A DNA stretch of 64,000 nt from an uncultured delta proteobacterium (GTDB lineage Bacteria; Desulfobacterota; Desulfomonilia; UBA1062), in the NCBI GenBank assembly GCA_963798485.1, contig CAWCTR010000022.1, positions 32,001 through 96,000 of the forward strand, in the 5' to 3' direction. The position numbers and the translations under genes were made by a program. This document shows, one piece after another, positions 38,111 to 47,841 of this stretch. The notes beneath the pieces are model-generated. The model worked only from the letters and a program-made list of their open reading frames with translations, did not search any database and was not told the origin of the DNA. Position 1 is the first letter of the stretch. Each line of letters starts with the position of its first letter.

Positions 38111-39457
38111 TTAAGCCGACTCGCTGTCGAGCTTCTCGATGAGAAAATCTATCTCCCGCTTCACCTTCAGGTTCTGTGTGTACTGGGCCTCAATGGTCTC
38201 TAAAGAATGGATGACCGAGGAGTGCTTCCGGGAGAAGGCCTCGCCAATGATCTGCAGCGGCTCCTCGGTATAACGTCTGCACAGGAAGATAGCCACCTGG
38301 CGTGGATATACGATGTCCTTCTTCCGTGAAGGCGAGACAATCTTGTCTTTGGGTATGGAAAAATTCTTCGAGATGAAATCAAGGATATAGGGGATGTTTA
38401 TCCGATGCTGCTTTTCCAGCGTCCCCTCTAGGAGCTCACGGGCGAGCTCCAGGGTGATCGTACGCTTCATGAGCGAGCTCATGGCGGAAATGGTCATGAC
38501 CGCACTCTCCAAGTCCCTGATGCTGGTATGGATGGTATTGCTCATGAACTCCACCACCTCTTCAGGCATGCTTACTCCGTTCTTTTTTGCCTTGTGGCGG
38601 ACAATCTTGGCCCTCGTTGCCTTATCAGGGCGCTTGATATCGATAACGAGCCCCGAAGATAACCGTGACCTGAGTCCCTTGTCGATCTGGGGTATTGAGG
38701 TAGGGGGACGGAAGCCCGAGAGGATCACCTGCTTGCCTGCACTGATGAGGTCGTCAAGCACATGGCACAATTCAACCTGGGTCTTTTCCTTATTCTTGAA
38801 GAGGTGGACATCATCGATGAAAAAGATATCCATGTTCTGGCTGCGGTATGAGCTCTTGAAGGAGCTGAGAAAATTGTTTCTCACCGAGTGGACATAATCC
38901 TGCGTAAAGTCCCTGGCTGTCGTGTACCGCACACTGGTCCCATTGCGTAATGAAACGAACTTGTTGCCTATGGCATGGGAGATGTGGCTCTTGCCGAGAC
39001 CCACATCGGAATAAAAGTACAAGGGGTTATACCGGCGCAGATCCCCTTCTGAGACCGCAAGTGCCGCCTCATAGGCAAAGGCGTTGCATTTGCCCACTAC
39101 AAACTCGTCAAAGGTGAATTGGGCATTGAGTCCGGATGAGGCCGGGGTCGGAAGATGTGATGGCAGGCTCATCTGAATGGGACGGCCATCAACCTGTACC
39201 GGCCTCAGTTCCTGATGCTCGCTTAGAGGATTTACGCAGAACTCGACGTCTGCCGGTCTGCCGAGGTGAGACCTGACAGATGATATGATAAGGTCCTTGT
39301 AAACCCGAGAGAGGTGCCTCTGGGCAAAGACATTGGGACAGCGTACAAAGACAGTGCCATCCTCTTCACAGATATCGATCTGGTCTATGAGCGCCCTGTC
39401 CGATGCGGCATGCGACATTGAGAGTATAGATTCTTTAATAATTGCAAAATGATCCAC
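38111..39457 (-). CDS. DnaA-family replication initiator protein (divergent, probable paralog)
   Basis: LNAQFTFDEFVVGKCN, YNPLYFYSDVGLGKS, IDDVH, LRSRLSSGL and a C-terminal domain IV. Confidence 0.88.
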   Translation of the reverse strand: MDHFAIIKESILSMSHAASDRALIDQIDICEEDGTVFVRCPNVFAQRHLSRVYKDLIISSVRSHLGRPADVEFCVNPLSEHQELRPVQVDGRPIQMSLPSHLPTPASSGLNAQFTFDEFVVGKCNAFAYEAALAVSEGDLRRYNPLYFYSDVGLGKSHISHAIGNKFVSLRNGTSVRYTTARDFTQDYVHSVRNNFLSSFKSSYRSQNMDIFFIDDVHLFKNKEKTQVELCHVLDDLISAGKQVILSGFRPPTSIPQIDKGLRSRLSSGLVIDIKRPDKATRAKIVRHKAKKNGVSMPEEVVEFMSNTIHTSIRDLESAVMTISAMSSLMKRTITLELARELLEGTLEKQHRINIPYILDFISKNFSIPKDKIVSPSRKKDIVYPRQVAIFLCRRYTEEPLQIIGEAFSRKHSSVIHSLETIEAQYTQNLKVKREIDFLIEKLDSESA

Positions 39458-39715
39458 AAAAACCCCCCAGAGAGAGAAAATTCATAATGAACGGGTGACA
39501 TAATGGGTCGAGTGAAAAAAAAGGTCAAAGGTGAAACACCCCGGTTATAGGTAGAGCGTGTTCATTTTGCGTAAATGAAAATAACGATAGTAATATTAAT
39601 AAGATATATGGAAGATTACGACATTCAGGGCATCTGGTGGCACCCGTTCAGGACTCTGGTCGCACCTGGTTCCGGAAGTCTTATCTACATTTTGTAGAAA
39701 ACTGATGAGCTCCGA

Positions 39716-41149
39716 TTATCTTGATCTTTCTTTGAAAATTTTGAGATTACGATAGATGAGTGAATACTGCCCGGCAGGTTTTGCCCAGCTCACATCCTGT
39801 TCCATTGCATTGCTTATCATAGCATTAAGCAGGTCCCTCTCATCTTTAAAGATTCTGCATCCCTGTGAGACCGCATCGAGCAGCGCCTCCGTGCTGGGAT
39901 AGGTTACCCGCAGTCCGTTGGGTTTATCCCCTTCGCCAAGGGCAGTGACCGTATCCCGTAAGCCCCCTACACCGGTGACAATGGGGATGGTGCCATAGCG
40001 CATGCTGATCAGCTGGTTAAGCCCGCACGGTTCGAACCGGGAAGGCATGAGGAAAAAATCGGATCCCGCCTCTATGGCATGGGCCTTTGCCTCATCGAAC
40101 CCTATGAAGATGCCGACCTGTCCGCCGAGTTCTTGGTGGAGTTCCTTGAGCCTGCGTTCAAAGGCAGGGTTCCCGTTTCCGAGGATGACTATCTTGGCGC
40201 CCATGGCCGCTATCTTCGGGATGGCATCCAGTACGCAGTCGATGCCCTTCTGCTCAACGAGGCGGCTGATGAGCCCGAATACGGGGGCGTCACCACGCGC
40301 CAAGGAAAACATCTCCAGCAGTGCCCTCTTGCACTTGGCCTTGCCCGTCAAGTCCCTAGCGGAATACCCTGAAGCGATGAGGCTGTCTTCAGCCGGGTTC
40401 CAGGTATTGATATCTATACCGTTGGCAATACCGGTGAGCTTAAATGATATGGCCTTGAGGAGCCCATCGAGGCCGCTTCCGAACTCGCTTGTCTGGATCT
40501 CTTGGGCATAGGTGGGACTCACGGTGTTCACTGCATCGGCAAATACAAGCCCCGCCTTCATGATGTTTATCCTTCCATAATATTCCATGACATCAGGCTG
40601 GAATAACTCGTGAGGCAGGAAGAGCATCGACCAGAGTATGGCATCGAACAGACCCTGGTAGGCGAGGTTATGGATGGTGAACAGGCTGCCGACTTTCTCG
40701 ATGCCTGCGTCTTTCATGTAGGCCAGGACCAGCGCTGTCTGCCAGTCATTGCAGTGGACGATATCCACATCACCCATGAGCCTGATCATCTCCACACATG
40801 CCCGCGAGAAGAAGGCGAAGCGCTCGAGGTTATCGGGGTAATCGTAGCCCGCAAAGGAATACAGGCCAGTCCTGTCAGAGAACAGCGGATGCGCGATAAA
40901 GTAGGTCGTGCCGTGCGAGAAGATCTTCGCTTCCGAAATCCCGGTTCCGGTGAGGACCGCTATATCGCCATGGGGCTTCAGTGCGAGTCCCATGTTCATG
41001 ACCTCGCGGTACAGCGGCATCACTACGGAACAATCAATGCCCTGCCGGTTGAGCTCGGCAGGCAGGGCCGCGCTTACATCCGCCAGTCCCCCGGTCTTTG
41101 CATACCCAGTGACCTCGGATGAACATACCAATACCTTCATTTGAGCCAT
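39716..41149 (-). CDS. glgA: Glycogen synthase
   Basis: KTGGLADV, HCNDWQT, TIHNLAYQG and PSRFEPCGLNQ motifs. Confidence 0.96.
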   Translation of the reverse strand: MAQMKVLVCSSEVTGYAKTGGLADVSAALPAELNRQGIDCSVVMPLYREVMNMGLALKPHGDIAVLTGTGISEAKIFSHGTTYFIAHPLFSDRTGLYSFAGYDYPDNLERFAFFSRACVEMIRLMGDVDIVHCNDWQTALVLAYMKDAGIEKVGSLFTIHNLAYQGLFDAILWSMLFLPHELFQPDVMEYYGRINIMKAGLVFADAVNTVSPTYAQEIQTSEFGSGLDGLLKAISFKLTGIANGIDINTWNPAEDSLIASGYSARDLTGKAKCKRALLEMFSLARGDAPVFGLISRLVEQKGIDCVLDAIPKIAAMGAKIVILGNGNPAFERRLKELHQELGGQVGIFIGFDEAKAHAIEAGSDFFLMPSRFEPCGLNQLISMRYGTIPIVTGVGGLRDTVTALGEGDKPNGLRVTYPSTEALLDAVSQGCRIFKDERDLLNAMISNAMEQDVSWAKPAGQYSLIYRNLKIFKERSR

Positions 41150-41290
41150 ATTTTATACCATACACTAAGAATGGTCAGACAGTAAAGACAAGGGAGTTAC
41201 AAAAGCCGGTGAAGAACAGATAAGCAAGAAGACAAATGATTTCTGAACGCAAGGTTTACTTTTAGCATGCTATCGGGTTAAGCTGAATTC

Positions 41291-41884
41291 ATGACCAGGG
41301 AGGATTTCGAAATCACGCTTAAGGAGTTCGAGTCGCAGATCAAGAAGAAGCTCCCCTCCATGATCAACAGCTACCTCATGAATCGAGGGAACCGTGAGTT
41401 TGAGACGGCCTTCATCCATCTCTTGGAGACCTTGGGCAGACAGAGGAAGACCCTCCTGAAGGACCTTACCAAGGTGGCCAGGCTCGAACAGAAGACCCGG
41501 TACTTCAATGCCGCCAATAATATGGATTCCCAGCTCAGGAGCATGGGAAACAGAGAGGCCTTGAAACAACAGACAAAATTACGGAAACATCGCGTCCATG
41601 CACCGCTTATCTATGACCTCGGGGCAGGCCCTGTTGAGGGTGACCTCCTGAACGCCGATGATTTGGGCGTCCTGCTGGAGACAACGGAAAAGGTGTCCAT
41701 CGACCATGAGGTGAGGATAACCCTCTCAGGGAAGAAGGCGCACGGCAAGGCCATGTGGTCCATCCCTGATGAAAAAGGCCGCATGGAGACGGGGGTTAAA
41801 CTCCTCAATGCATCTGATGATTTCATGGAAGAAATCAAGAAGATTATCAGGAAGCCTGCAAAAAAAGCAGAGAAATCCTCATGA
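41291..41884 (+). CDS. Hypothetical protein with possible C-terminal PilZ-like domain
   Basis: Helical N-terminus, then RKHR...NADDLG and a beta-rich C-terminus ending GVKL. Confidence 0.55.
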   Translation: MTREDFEITLKEFESQIKKKLPSMINSYLMNRGNREFETAFIHLLETLGRQRKTLLKDLTKVARLEQKTRYFNAANNMDSQLRSMGNREALKQQTKLRKHRVHAPLIYDLGAGPVEGDLLNADDLGVLLETTEKVSIDHEVRITLSGKKAHGKAMWSIPDEKGRMETGVKLLNASDDFMEEIKKIIRKPAKKAEKSS

Positions 41885-41922
41885 TTGACACCCATACGGG
41901 TGCATAGTATTCCTTTAAGGAT

Positions 41923-43128
41923 ATGAGATTCGCCATCCTCACCTTAGGATGCAAGGTCAACCAATATGAAAGCCAGCGGATCAGGCAGGGGCTTGTAACG
42001 GCAGGCCACATCGAGCAGGCCTTTACCGAACCCGACGCTGACTGTTACATCATCAATACCTGTACCATCACCCATAAGTCCGATGCCGAAACGCGCAGGG
42101 TAATCCGCAGGGCGTTGAAACTAGGCGGCAGGGTAATCGTAACAGGCTGCCAGGTTGTTGTAGATTCCAAAGGTATCAGGGATGTCTCCGAGGCTATTGA
42201 GATTGCCAGGCCGGATCATCTCTCCGAGATACTCCAGGTAGACCTGCCATCCATCATCACCGGCTTCGGCGATCACCACAGGGCCTTTGTGAAGGTCCAA
42301 CAGGGATGTAACAAGTATTGCGCGTACTGTATCGTGCCTTTTGCCAGGGGAGGGCCTGTAAGCAGGCCTTGGCAGGAGGTCGTCACCGAGGTGAGGACCC
42401 TTTACGACGCACGCTATCAAGAGGTGGTGCTTACCGGGATCAATATCGGTCTTTATGAGGGGGGGCTAACTCGACTTGTGGAAAGGGTGCTTTTCCATAC
42501 TTCAATCCCAAGGTTGAGGATAAGCTCCATTGAACCGTGGACCGTTGAAGACGGCCTTATCTCTATAATCAAGGACGACCCCAGGCTATGCAAACATTTT
42601 CACCTGCCGCTGCAGCACGGAAGCGATTCCATTCTTCGCGCCATGGGCAGGCCGTATACGGCCTCATACTTCCGCTCACTCATAGACCGGATCAGGAATG
42701 CCGCACCTGAGGCCGCAATAGGCCTGGACGTCATCGTGGGTTTCCCGGGCGAGGATGACAAGTCCTTTGAGGAATCCTACAGCCTTATCGAAGACCTTTC
42801 TGTTACCTACCTCCATGTCTTCCCCTTCTCGCCAAGGCAAGGCACTGCCGCCGCCCTCCTGCCCGGACGTCCGGGAGATGCGGTTACCAAGCAGAGGTCT
42901 TCCCTCTTAAGGGCGTTGTCCAGGGAAAAGAGGCATGCCTTTGCCTGTTCACGGCAGGGCATGGTTGAGGAGGTGCTTGTCACCGGGATTTGTGAAGGGC
43001 ATTTTTATGGGGTTACCTCGAATTATCTTAACGTTCAGGCCAAGGGAAGCGTACCGGCGGGAAATATTGTGAGCGTACTCCTTAAAAGTATGGAGGGACA
43101 GACCCTTACAGGAGAGCTCCTTGGATAA
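41923..43128 (+). CDS. mtaB: tRNA methylthiotransferase MtaB
   Basis: TLGCKVNQYES, INTCT and RAFVKVQQGCNKYCAYCIVPFARG motifs. Confidence 0.88.
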   Translation: MRFAILTLGCKVNQYESQRIRQGLVTAGHIEQAFTEPDADCYIINTCTITHKSDAETRRVIRRALKLGGRVIVTGCQVVVDSKGIRDVSEAIEIARPDHLSEILQVDLPSIITGFGDHHRAFVKVQQGCNKYCAYCIVPFARGGPVSRPWQEVVTEVRTLYDARYQEVVLTGINIGLYEGGLTRLVERVLFHTSIPRLRISSIEPWTVEDGLISIIKDDPRLCKHFHLPLQHGSDSILRAMGRPYTASYFRSLIDRIRNAAPEAAIGLDVIVGFPGEDDKSFEESYSLIEDLSVTYLHVFPFSPRQGTAAALLPGRPGDAVTKQRSSLLRALSREKRHAFACSRQGMVEEVLVTGICEGHFYGVTSNYLNVQAKGSVPAGNIVSVLLKSMEGQTLTGELLG

Positions 43129-44848
43129 CAGCACCATCATTGATGCCTTGCTTGAGATGGCTTTTGCCCTTGAGTTCCTGGACGATAACCCTTTCAAGGC
43201 AAAGGCGTATGAGAGGGCTGCACGATCCATCTCCGGAATTGCCACACCCATCGAAGATCTCATCGACACCGGTGGGATAAGCCATATAGAGGGAATCGGA
43301 AAGGCCATTGCAGCAACGCTTACGGCCTGGGTGAAGGATCATGATTTTTCTACGCTAAAAGATCTGCAAGCCAGACTGCCGAGTGGGTTCGAAGAATTGA
43401 TAAAGGTACCGGGGCTGGGGATGAAGAGGTTGAAGGTGTTGTTTAAAGAGCTTAACATCTCTACACTCGATGAGCTTCTTAACGCAATAAACACCGGCAG
43501 GCTTTCATCCGTGAAGGGTTTCTCCGATAAAAGCATTGCCAAACTCAGGGGCTCCGTGCAGGCTATCCTCGATTACCGGGGATGGTTTCTGCTTGATACC
43601 GGATGCGACTGGGCGGCAACCTTTGTTTCACGCTTAAAGGATTGCGGACTGAATGTGCATCTCAGCGGTGTCTGCCGCAGGTCCATGGAGATTATCCCTG
43701 CAATCGACCTCCTCGTGGAAGATGGCCCCGGCATGCATGACGCACTTGTCCAAGGCATTACCTCGATGCCTGATATGCAGATTGCACACGATGGGACAAT
43801 ACTTGTGGCGACATGCCCCGGCAAGCCCCCTGCCAGGATACACACCGTATCTCAGGGGTTCGTTGTGCCTGCATTGTTTATCACGACCGGCTCACAGGCC
43901 CATGTGGACCTGGTGAACGGGTATGGGGCTCTCCGATCCGTCCGGGTCAGTCAAGAAGGGGTTTATAAAGACGGGGTGCGTGTGCCTGTCAAAGATGAGG
44001 CGGAGATCTATGATCTGTTTGGCATGCGCTACCTCCCACCCGAGGTCAGGGAGGGCAGGCCGATCGAAATGGACCTGGCCTTAAGCGGAAAGGTGCCTGA
44101 GTTTATAACACAAGAAGACCTTAAAGGTCTCATCCATGTCCATTCCACCTATAGCGACGGAAAGGCAACGCTGGCCGACATGGTGCAGGGTGCCCATGAG
44201 CGCGGTTATTCATGGATCGGCATCTCTGATCACAGCAAGAGCGCCTATTATGCGCTCGGATTGAGCGTGAAGGACCTGAGGCGGCAGTTCGAGGAAATCG
44301 ATGAGCTCTCTCAGATATTCCCTGGTGTTACGATCTTCAAGGGGATCGAATCCGACATCCTGCCCGACGGCTCGCTGGATTATCCTCAAAGCGTGCTCAA
44401 GCAGTTCGATTTTGTCATTGCAAGCATCCATTCCCACATGGATATGGACAGGGCATCCATGACCGAGCGGATCATAAAGGCCATAGCCAATCCCTTCACC
44501 ACCATACTCGGCCACCCCACAGGCCGGGTGCTGCTTGCACGCAGGCCCTATGAGGTGGACATGGAGGCGGTGCTGGCAGAGGCGGTAGGTTGTGGTGTCA
44601 TGGTGGAGCTCAACGCCAACCCATTGAGGCTCGATCTGGACTGGCGTCTTATGCCGGGCTTCACATCAAAAGGCGGGCGTGTTGTCATAGCGCCTGATGC
44701 CCACAGCGTTTCCGGGCTTGACGATATGCGTTACGGCCTGGCCATTGCCAGGAAAGGCCTGCTCTTAAAAGACTCTTGCATGAATGCATTCAGTGCCCGG
44801 GAAGCGAGGGAGGCGTTTAAGACCAAAAAGGAAAATTCCCGCGAATGA
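43121..44848 (+). CDS. polX: DNA polymerase X / PHP protein
   Basis: NPFKAKAYERAA, HhH motifs and YLPPEVREG; PHP motifs HVHSTYSDG, SDH, GHPTGR and DAH. Confidence 0.9.
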   Translation: MDNSTIIDALLEMAFALEFLDDNPFKAKAYERAARSISGIATPIEDLIDTGGISHIEGIGKAIAATLTAWVKDHDFSTLKDLQARLPSGFEELIKVPGLGMKRLKVLFKELNISTLDELLNAINTGRLSSVKGFSDKSIAKLRGSVQAILDYRGWFLLDTGCDWAATFVSRLKDCGLNVHLSGVCRRSMEIIPAIDLLVEDGPGMHDALVQGITSMPDMQIAHDGTILVATCPGKPPARIHTVSQGFVVPALFITTGSQAHVDLVNGYGALRSVRVSQEGVYKDGVRVPVKDEAEIYDLFGMRYLPPEVREGRPIEMDLALSGKVPEFITQEDLKGLIHVHSTYSDGKATLADMVQGAHERGYSWIGISDHSKSAYYALGLSVKDLRRQFEEIDELSQIFPGVTIFKGIESDILPDGSLDYPQSVLKQFDFVIASIHSHMDMDRASMTERIIKAIANPFTTILGHPTGRVLLARRPYEVDMEAVLAEAVGCGVMVELNANPLRLDLDWRLMPGFTSKGGRVVIAPDAHSVSGLDDMRYGLAIARKGLLLKDSCMNAFSAREAREAFKTKKENSRE

Positions 44849-44927
44849 TGCTTTAAAGCCACGTCCCGCCCTGTATAACCCTTTTGTGTATTGACTAATA
44901 CCACCTTCGGTCTTAATCTAATGCGTT

Positions 44928-45458
44928 ATGAAGGATACACCCATGTCGAGCTTTGTTGAAATGAAGGTGGCAGGCATTGCGCTTGACCCCACCAACAATG
45001 CCCCTATCGTGGTCCTTCGCGACCTCAATGGCAAGTTCATCCTCCCCATCTGGATCGGCATTATGGAGGCAAGCGCCATAGCCTCGGCCCTTGAAGGGGT
45101 TCAGTATTCAAGACCCATGACCCATGATCTCTTCAGGTCTTTCATCGAAACGTTAGGCGCCACCATTGAAAAGATAGAGGTAGTGGATATCAGGGACAAT
45201 GTTTTCTATGCACTTATCACCATCATCCATAACGGAAACCGTCTTACCATTGATGCGAGGCCGTCGGATGCCATAGCCATAGCGCTACGCACCAAGTCCG
45301 CCATCTTTGTGGCAAGTCATGTGATAAAAGACGCCATCCACCTGGACTCCAAGACAAGCGCCGGCAAGGTCATGGTGGGGTTCGAGCAGGACACCGAGAA
45401 GCTCAAGGAGATCCTTGAGAAGATGAACCCCGAGGACTTCGGTAAGTTCAAGGCCTAA
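44928..45458 (+). CDS. Bifunctional nuclease family protein (DUF151)
   Basis: LPIWIGIMEA, RPMTHDL and DARPSDAIAIALR motifs. Confidence 0.92.
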   Translation: MKDTPMSSFVEMKVAGIALDPTNNAPIVVLRDLNGKFILPIWIGIMEASAIASALEGVQYSRPMTHDLFRSFIETLGATIEKIEVVDIRDNVFYALITIIHNGNRLTIDARPSDAIAIALRTKSAIFVASHVIKDAIHLDSKTSAGKVMVGFEQDTEKLKEILEKMNPEDFGKFKA

Positions 45459-45517
45459 CCCAATAGGCACCTTTTATATTGATAGACTTGGCTGCATCGT
45501 GTATTTTCCATGGATAT

Positions 45518-47833
45518 ATGCATGCCCATGACACTGCTCATCAAAAGGCGAAGAAGATCAGCAAGGCCATCTTCGAGACCATTGTCGAGATGGCGTATGA
45601 GGGCATCTTTGTCTATCAAGGCCACAGGTTCTTCTATGTAAATCCCGCGTTTGAACGCATGCTTGGATATTCTGCAGAGGAACTCGAGGAAATGGGTTTC
45701 AAGGATGTGCTGCATACAAGCTCTTCTGTCCTTATGGAACAGCGTTATCTTGCCCTGATCAGGGGTGAGGAAATACGCCCCCGGCGCGTGGACGTGATCT
45801 TCCGGACCAAAACCGGACAAGAACGCATCATCTCGCTCTCCACATCAGCCATCACCCTGGTGGGGGGCATTCCGGCCACCCTGAATATCGCCCGCGACAT
45901 CACCAGGCGCAAAGGTATGGAACAAAGCTTGGAGTCCACCAACAAGTTCCTGGCCGGTCTCATTGCAAGCTCGTCCGATGCCATCGTTGCCTCCGACCTG
46001 AAGGGCAGGGCACTTATCTTTAACAAGGCCGCCGAGGAGATCACGGGTTATAGCGCCGAGGATATGCTCAACCACAAATCCAACATAGCCGATTTCATGG
46101 TGGCGGGCGAGCGCGACCGGATCATGGCCATCCTCGATGAGGGCACCGAGGAGGTCCCCAGGTGGGTCGTGGGGGAAGAGACCTCTGTGTACCACAAGGA
46201 CGGGACACTCATCCCTATATCGATTTCCGTGTCCTACCTGTATTCCGAACAGAAACCGGTGGCCGCCATAAGCGTCTTCCGCGACCTCAGGCCCTTAAAG
46301 AAGGTTGAAGACAAGCTTCGGGAGTCGGTGCAAAAATACCGGATGCTTGTGGAGAAGACCCAGGACGGAATTTTCGTCTTACAGGATCATCTCTTCACCT
46401 ACACCAATCCTGCGTTCAGGGAGTTGCTTGGTTATAATGAAGAGGAACTCCTGCACATGGGCCTTAAAGATATTGTGAGGCCGGAACTGGCGCGGATGAT
46501 CGAGGCGCGTTATACAAAACGAATCCGGGGTGAAACGGTACCGGACCAGTACGAGATTGCCCTTTGCAGCAAAGACGGCAACTGGCGTGCCTTTGAGATC
46601 ACCCCTTCGGTCATCGAGTATGAAGGCGAAGTTGCAACCCAGAATGTCATCCGGGACATAACCCAAAAGAGAGAGGCCCAGAAGGCGCTTCGCGCCAGTG
46701 AGTCCAAGTACCGCGCCACCGTGGAGCATACCGGCACTGCCATGATGATCCTGAATGAAGACTACACGATAACCTTTGCGAATAACCAGCTGGAAAAGCT
46801 CAGCGGTTACACCAAGGAGGAGATCGAAGGCAAGATGCACTGGACCGATGTGGTGCATCCTGATGACGTGGAGCGCATGAGGGGATACCACATGGCCAGG
46901 AGGCAAGGGGATAAGGATGTCCCATCCCAGTATGAATTCAGGTTCATGGACAAGGCAGGCAATATCAGGGACTCCTTCCTTACCATAGGCATGATCCCCG
47001 GCACCAGGCAGAGCATTGTCTCCATCATGGATATTTCAGGAATCAGGCAGATGCAGCGCGAGCTTGAGCAGACCAGGAAGATGGCCATCCTCGGTGAGAT
47101 GTCCGCCCATGTTGCCCACGAGGTAAGAAATCCGCTCCAGAAGATAAAGACCGGTGTAGAGTTGTTGTCCAACTCATTATCGGTGGATGAGCGGCAGCGC
47201 AGGCAGCTCGATGGCGTGAAGCACGGGGTGGACAACCTGGAAAAGTTCGTCACCCAGATCCTCGAGTGGACCCGCTCGGGCGAGCTCAGGCCCAGGCCCC
47301 ACCGCATCAGCAATATCATTGATGGCCTGCTGTTCAACCTGGAGGATGCCTTCAGGCAAAAAGGGGTGAAGGTCCGGAGCACCTATGACCCGGATGCCGA
47401 CGTTGTAGTAGTGGACGGCATCCAACTCCGGCAGGTCTTTGGAAACATCATAGATAACGCGCTGGATGCCATGCCCCATGGAGGGTCATTGAACATCTCC
47501 TCATCACTCGTTCCCAGGCATCCCTTCGCCAGAGGGAAAGAGGCCGTCACCCTGGATGCCTCTGAGATACGCATAACAGATACCGGCAGCGGCATTGCCA
47601 AGGAAGACCTGGGACGTATATTCCAGCCGTTCTTTACAAAGAAGGCCAAAGGAACCGGGCTTGGTCTTGCCCTGGTGAGGAAGGTCATTGACATGCACCA
47701 GGGCGAGGTTGAGGCCTTGAGCACCTTAGGCAAGGGCTCTGAATTTATTATCAGGATTCCCTGTGAGAAGGCCGGTTCTCTCCAGGTATCAGGCAAGGAG
47801 ACAGACGCGGTTGATAGAAAGCGCACAAGCTGA
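45518..47833 (+). CDS. Multi-PAS sensor histidine kinase
   Basis: Four PAS-like repeats, AHEVRNPL H-box, NALDAM, DTGSGI and GTGLGL. Confidence 0.93.
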   Translation: MHAHDTAHQKAKKISKAIFETIVEMAYEGIFVYQGHRFFYVNPAFERMLGYSAEELEEMGFKDVLHTSSSVLMEQRYLALIRGEEIRPRRVDVIFRTKTGQERIISLSTSAITLVGGIPATLNIARDITRRKGMEQSLESTNKFLAGLIASSSDAIVASDLKGRALIFNKAAEEITGYSAEDMLNHKSNIADFMVAGERDRIMAILDEGTEEVPRWVVGEETSVYHKDGTLIPISISVSYLYSEQKPVAAISVFRDLRPLKKVEDKLRESVQKYRMLVEKTQDGIFVLQDHLFTYTNPAFRELLGYNEEELLHMGLKDIVRPELARMIEARYTKRIRGETVPDQYEIALCSKDGNWRAFEITPSVIEYEGEVATQNVIRDITQKREAQKALRASESKYRATVEHTGTAMMILNEDYTITFANNQLEKLSGYTKEEIEGKMHWTDVVHPDDVERMRGYHMARRQGDKDVPSQYEFRFMDKAGNIRDSFLTIGMIPGTRQSIVSIMDISGIRQMQRELEQTRKMAILGEMSAHVAHEVRNPLQKIKTGVELLSNSLSVDERQRRQLDGVKHGVDNLEKFVTQILEWTRSGELRPRPHRISNIIDGLLFNLEDAFRQKGVKVRSTYDPDADVVVVDGIQLRQVFGNIIDNALDAMPHGGSLNISSSLVPRHPFARGKEAVTLDASEIRITDTGSGIAKEDLGRIFQPFFTKKAKGTGLGLALVRKVIDMHQGEVEALSTLGKGSEFIIRIPCEKAGSLQVSGKETDAVDRKRTS

Positions 47834-47841
47834 GGAGACGT

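Noticed and set aside
39458-39715. oriC next to the dnaA homolog
   Set aside because: No cluster of consensus TTATCCACA boxes and no dnaN. Only variant boxes are present, so an origin is not supported.
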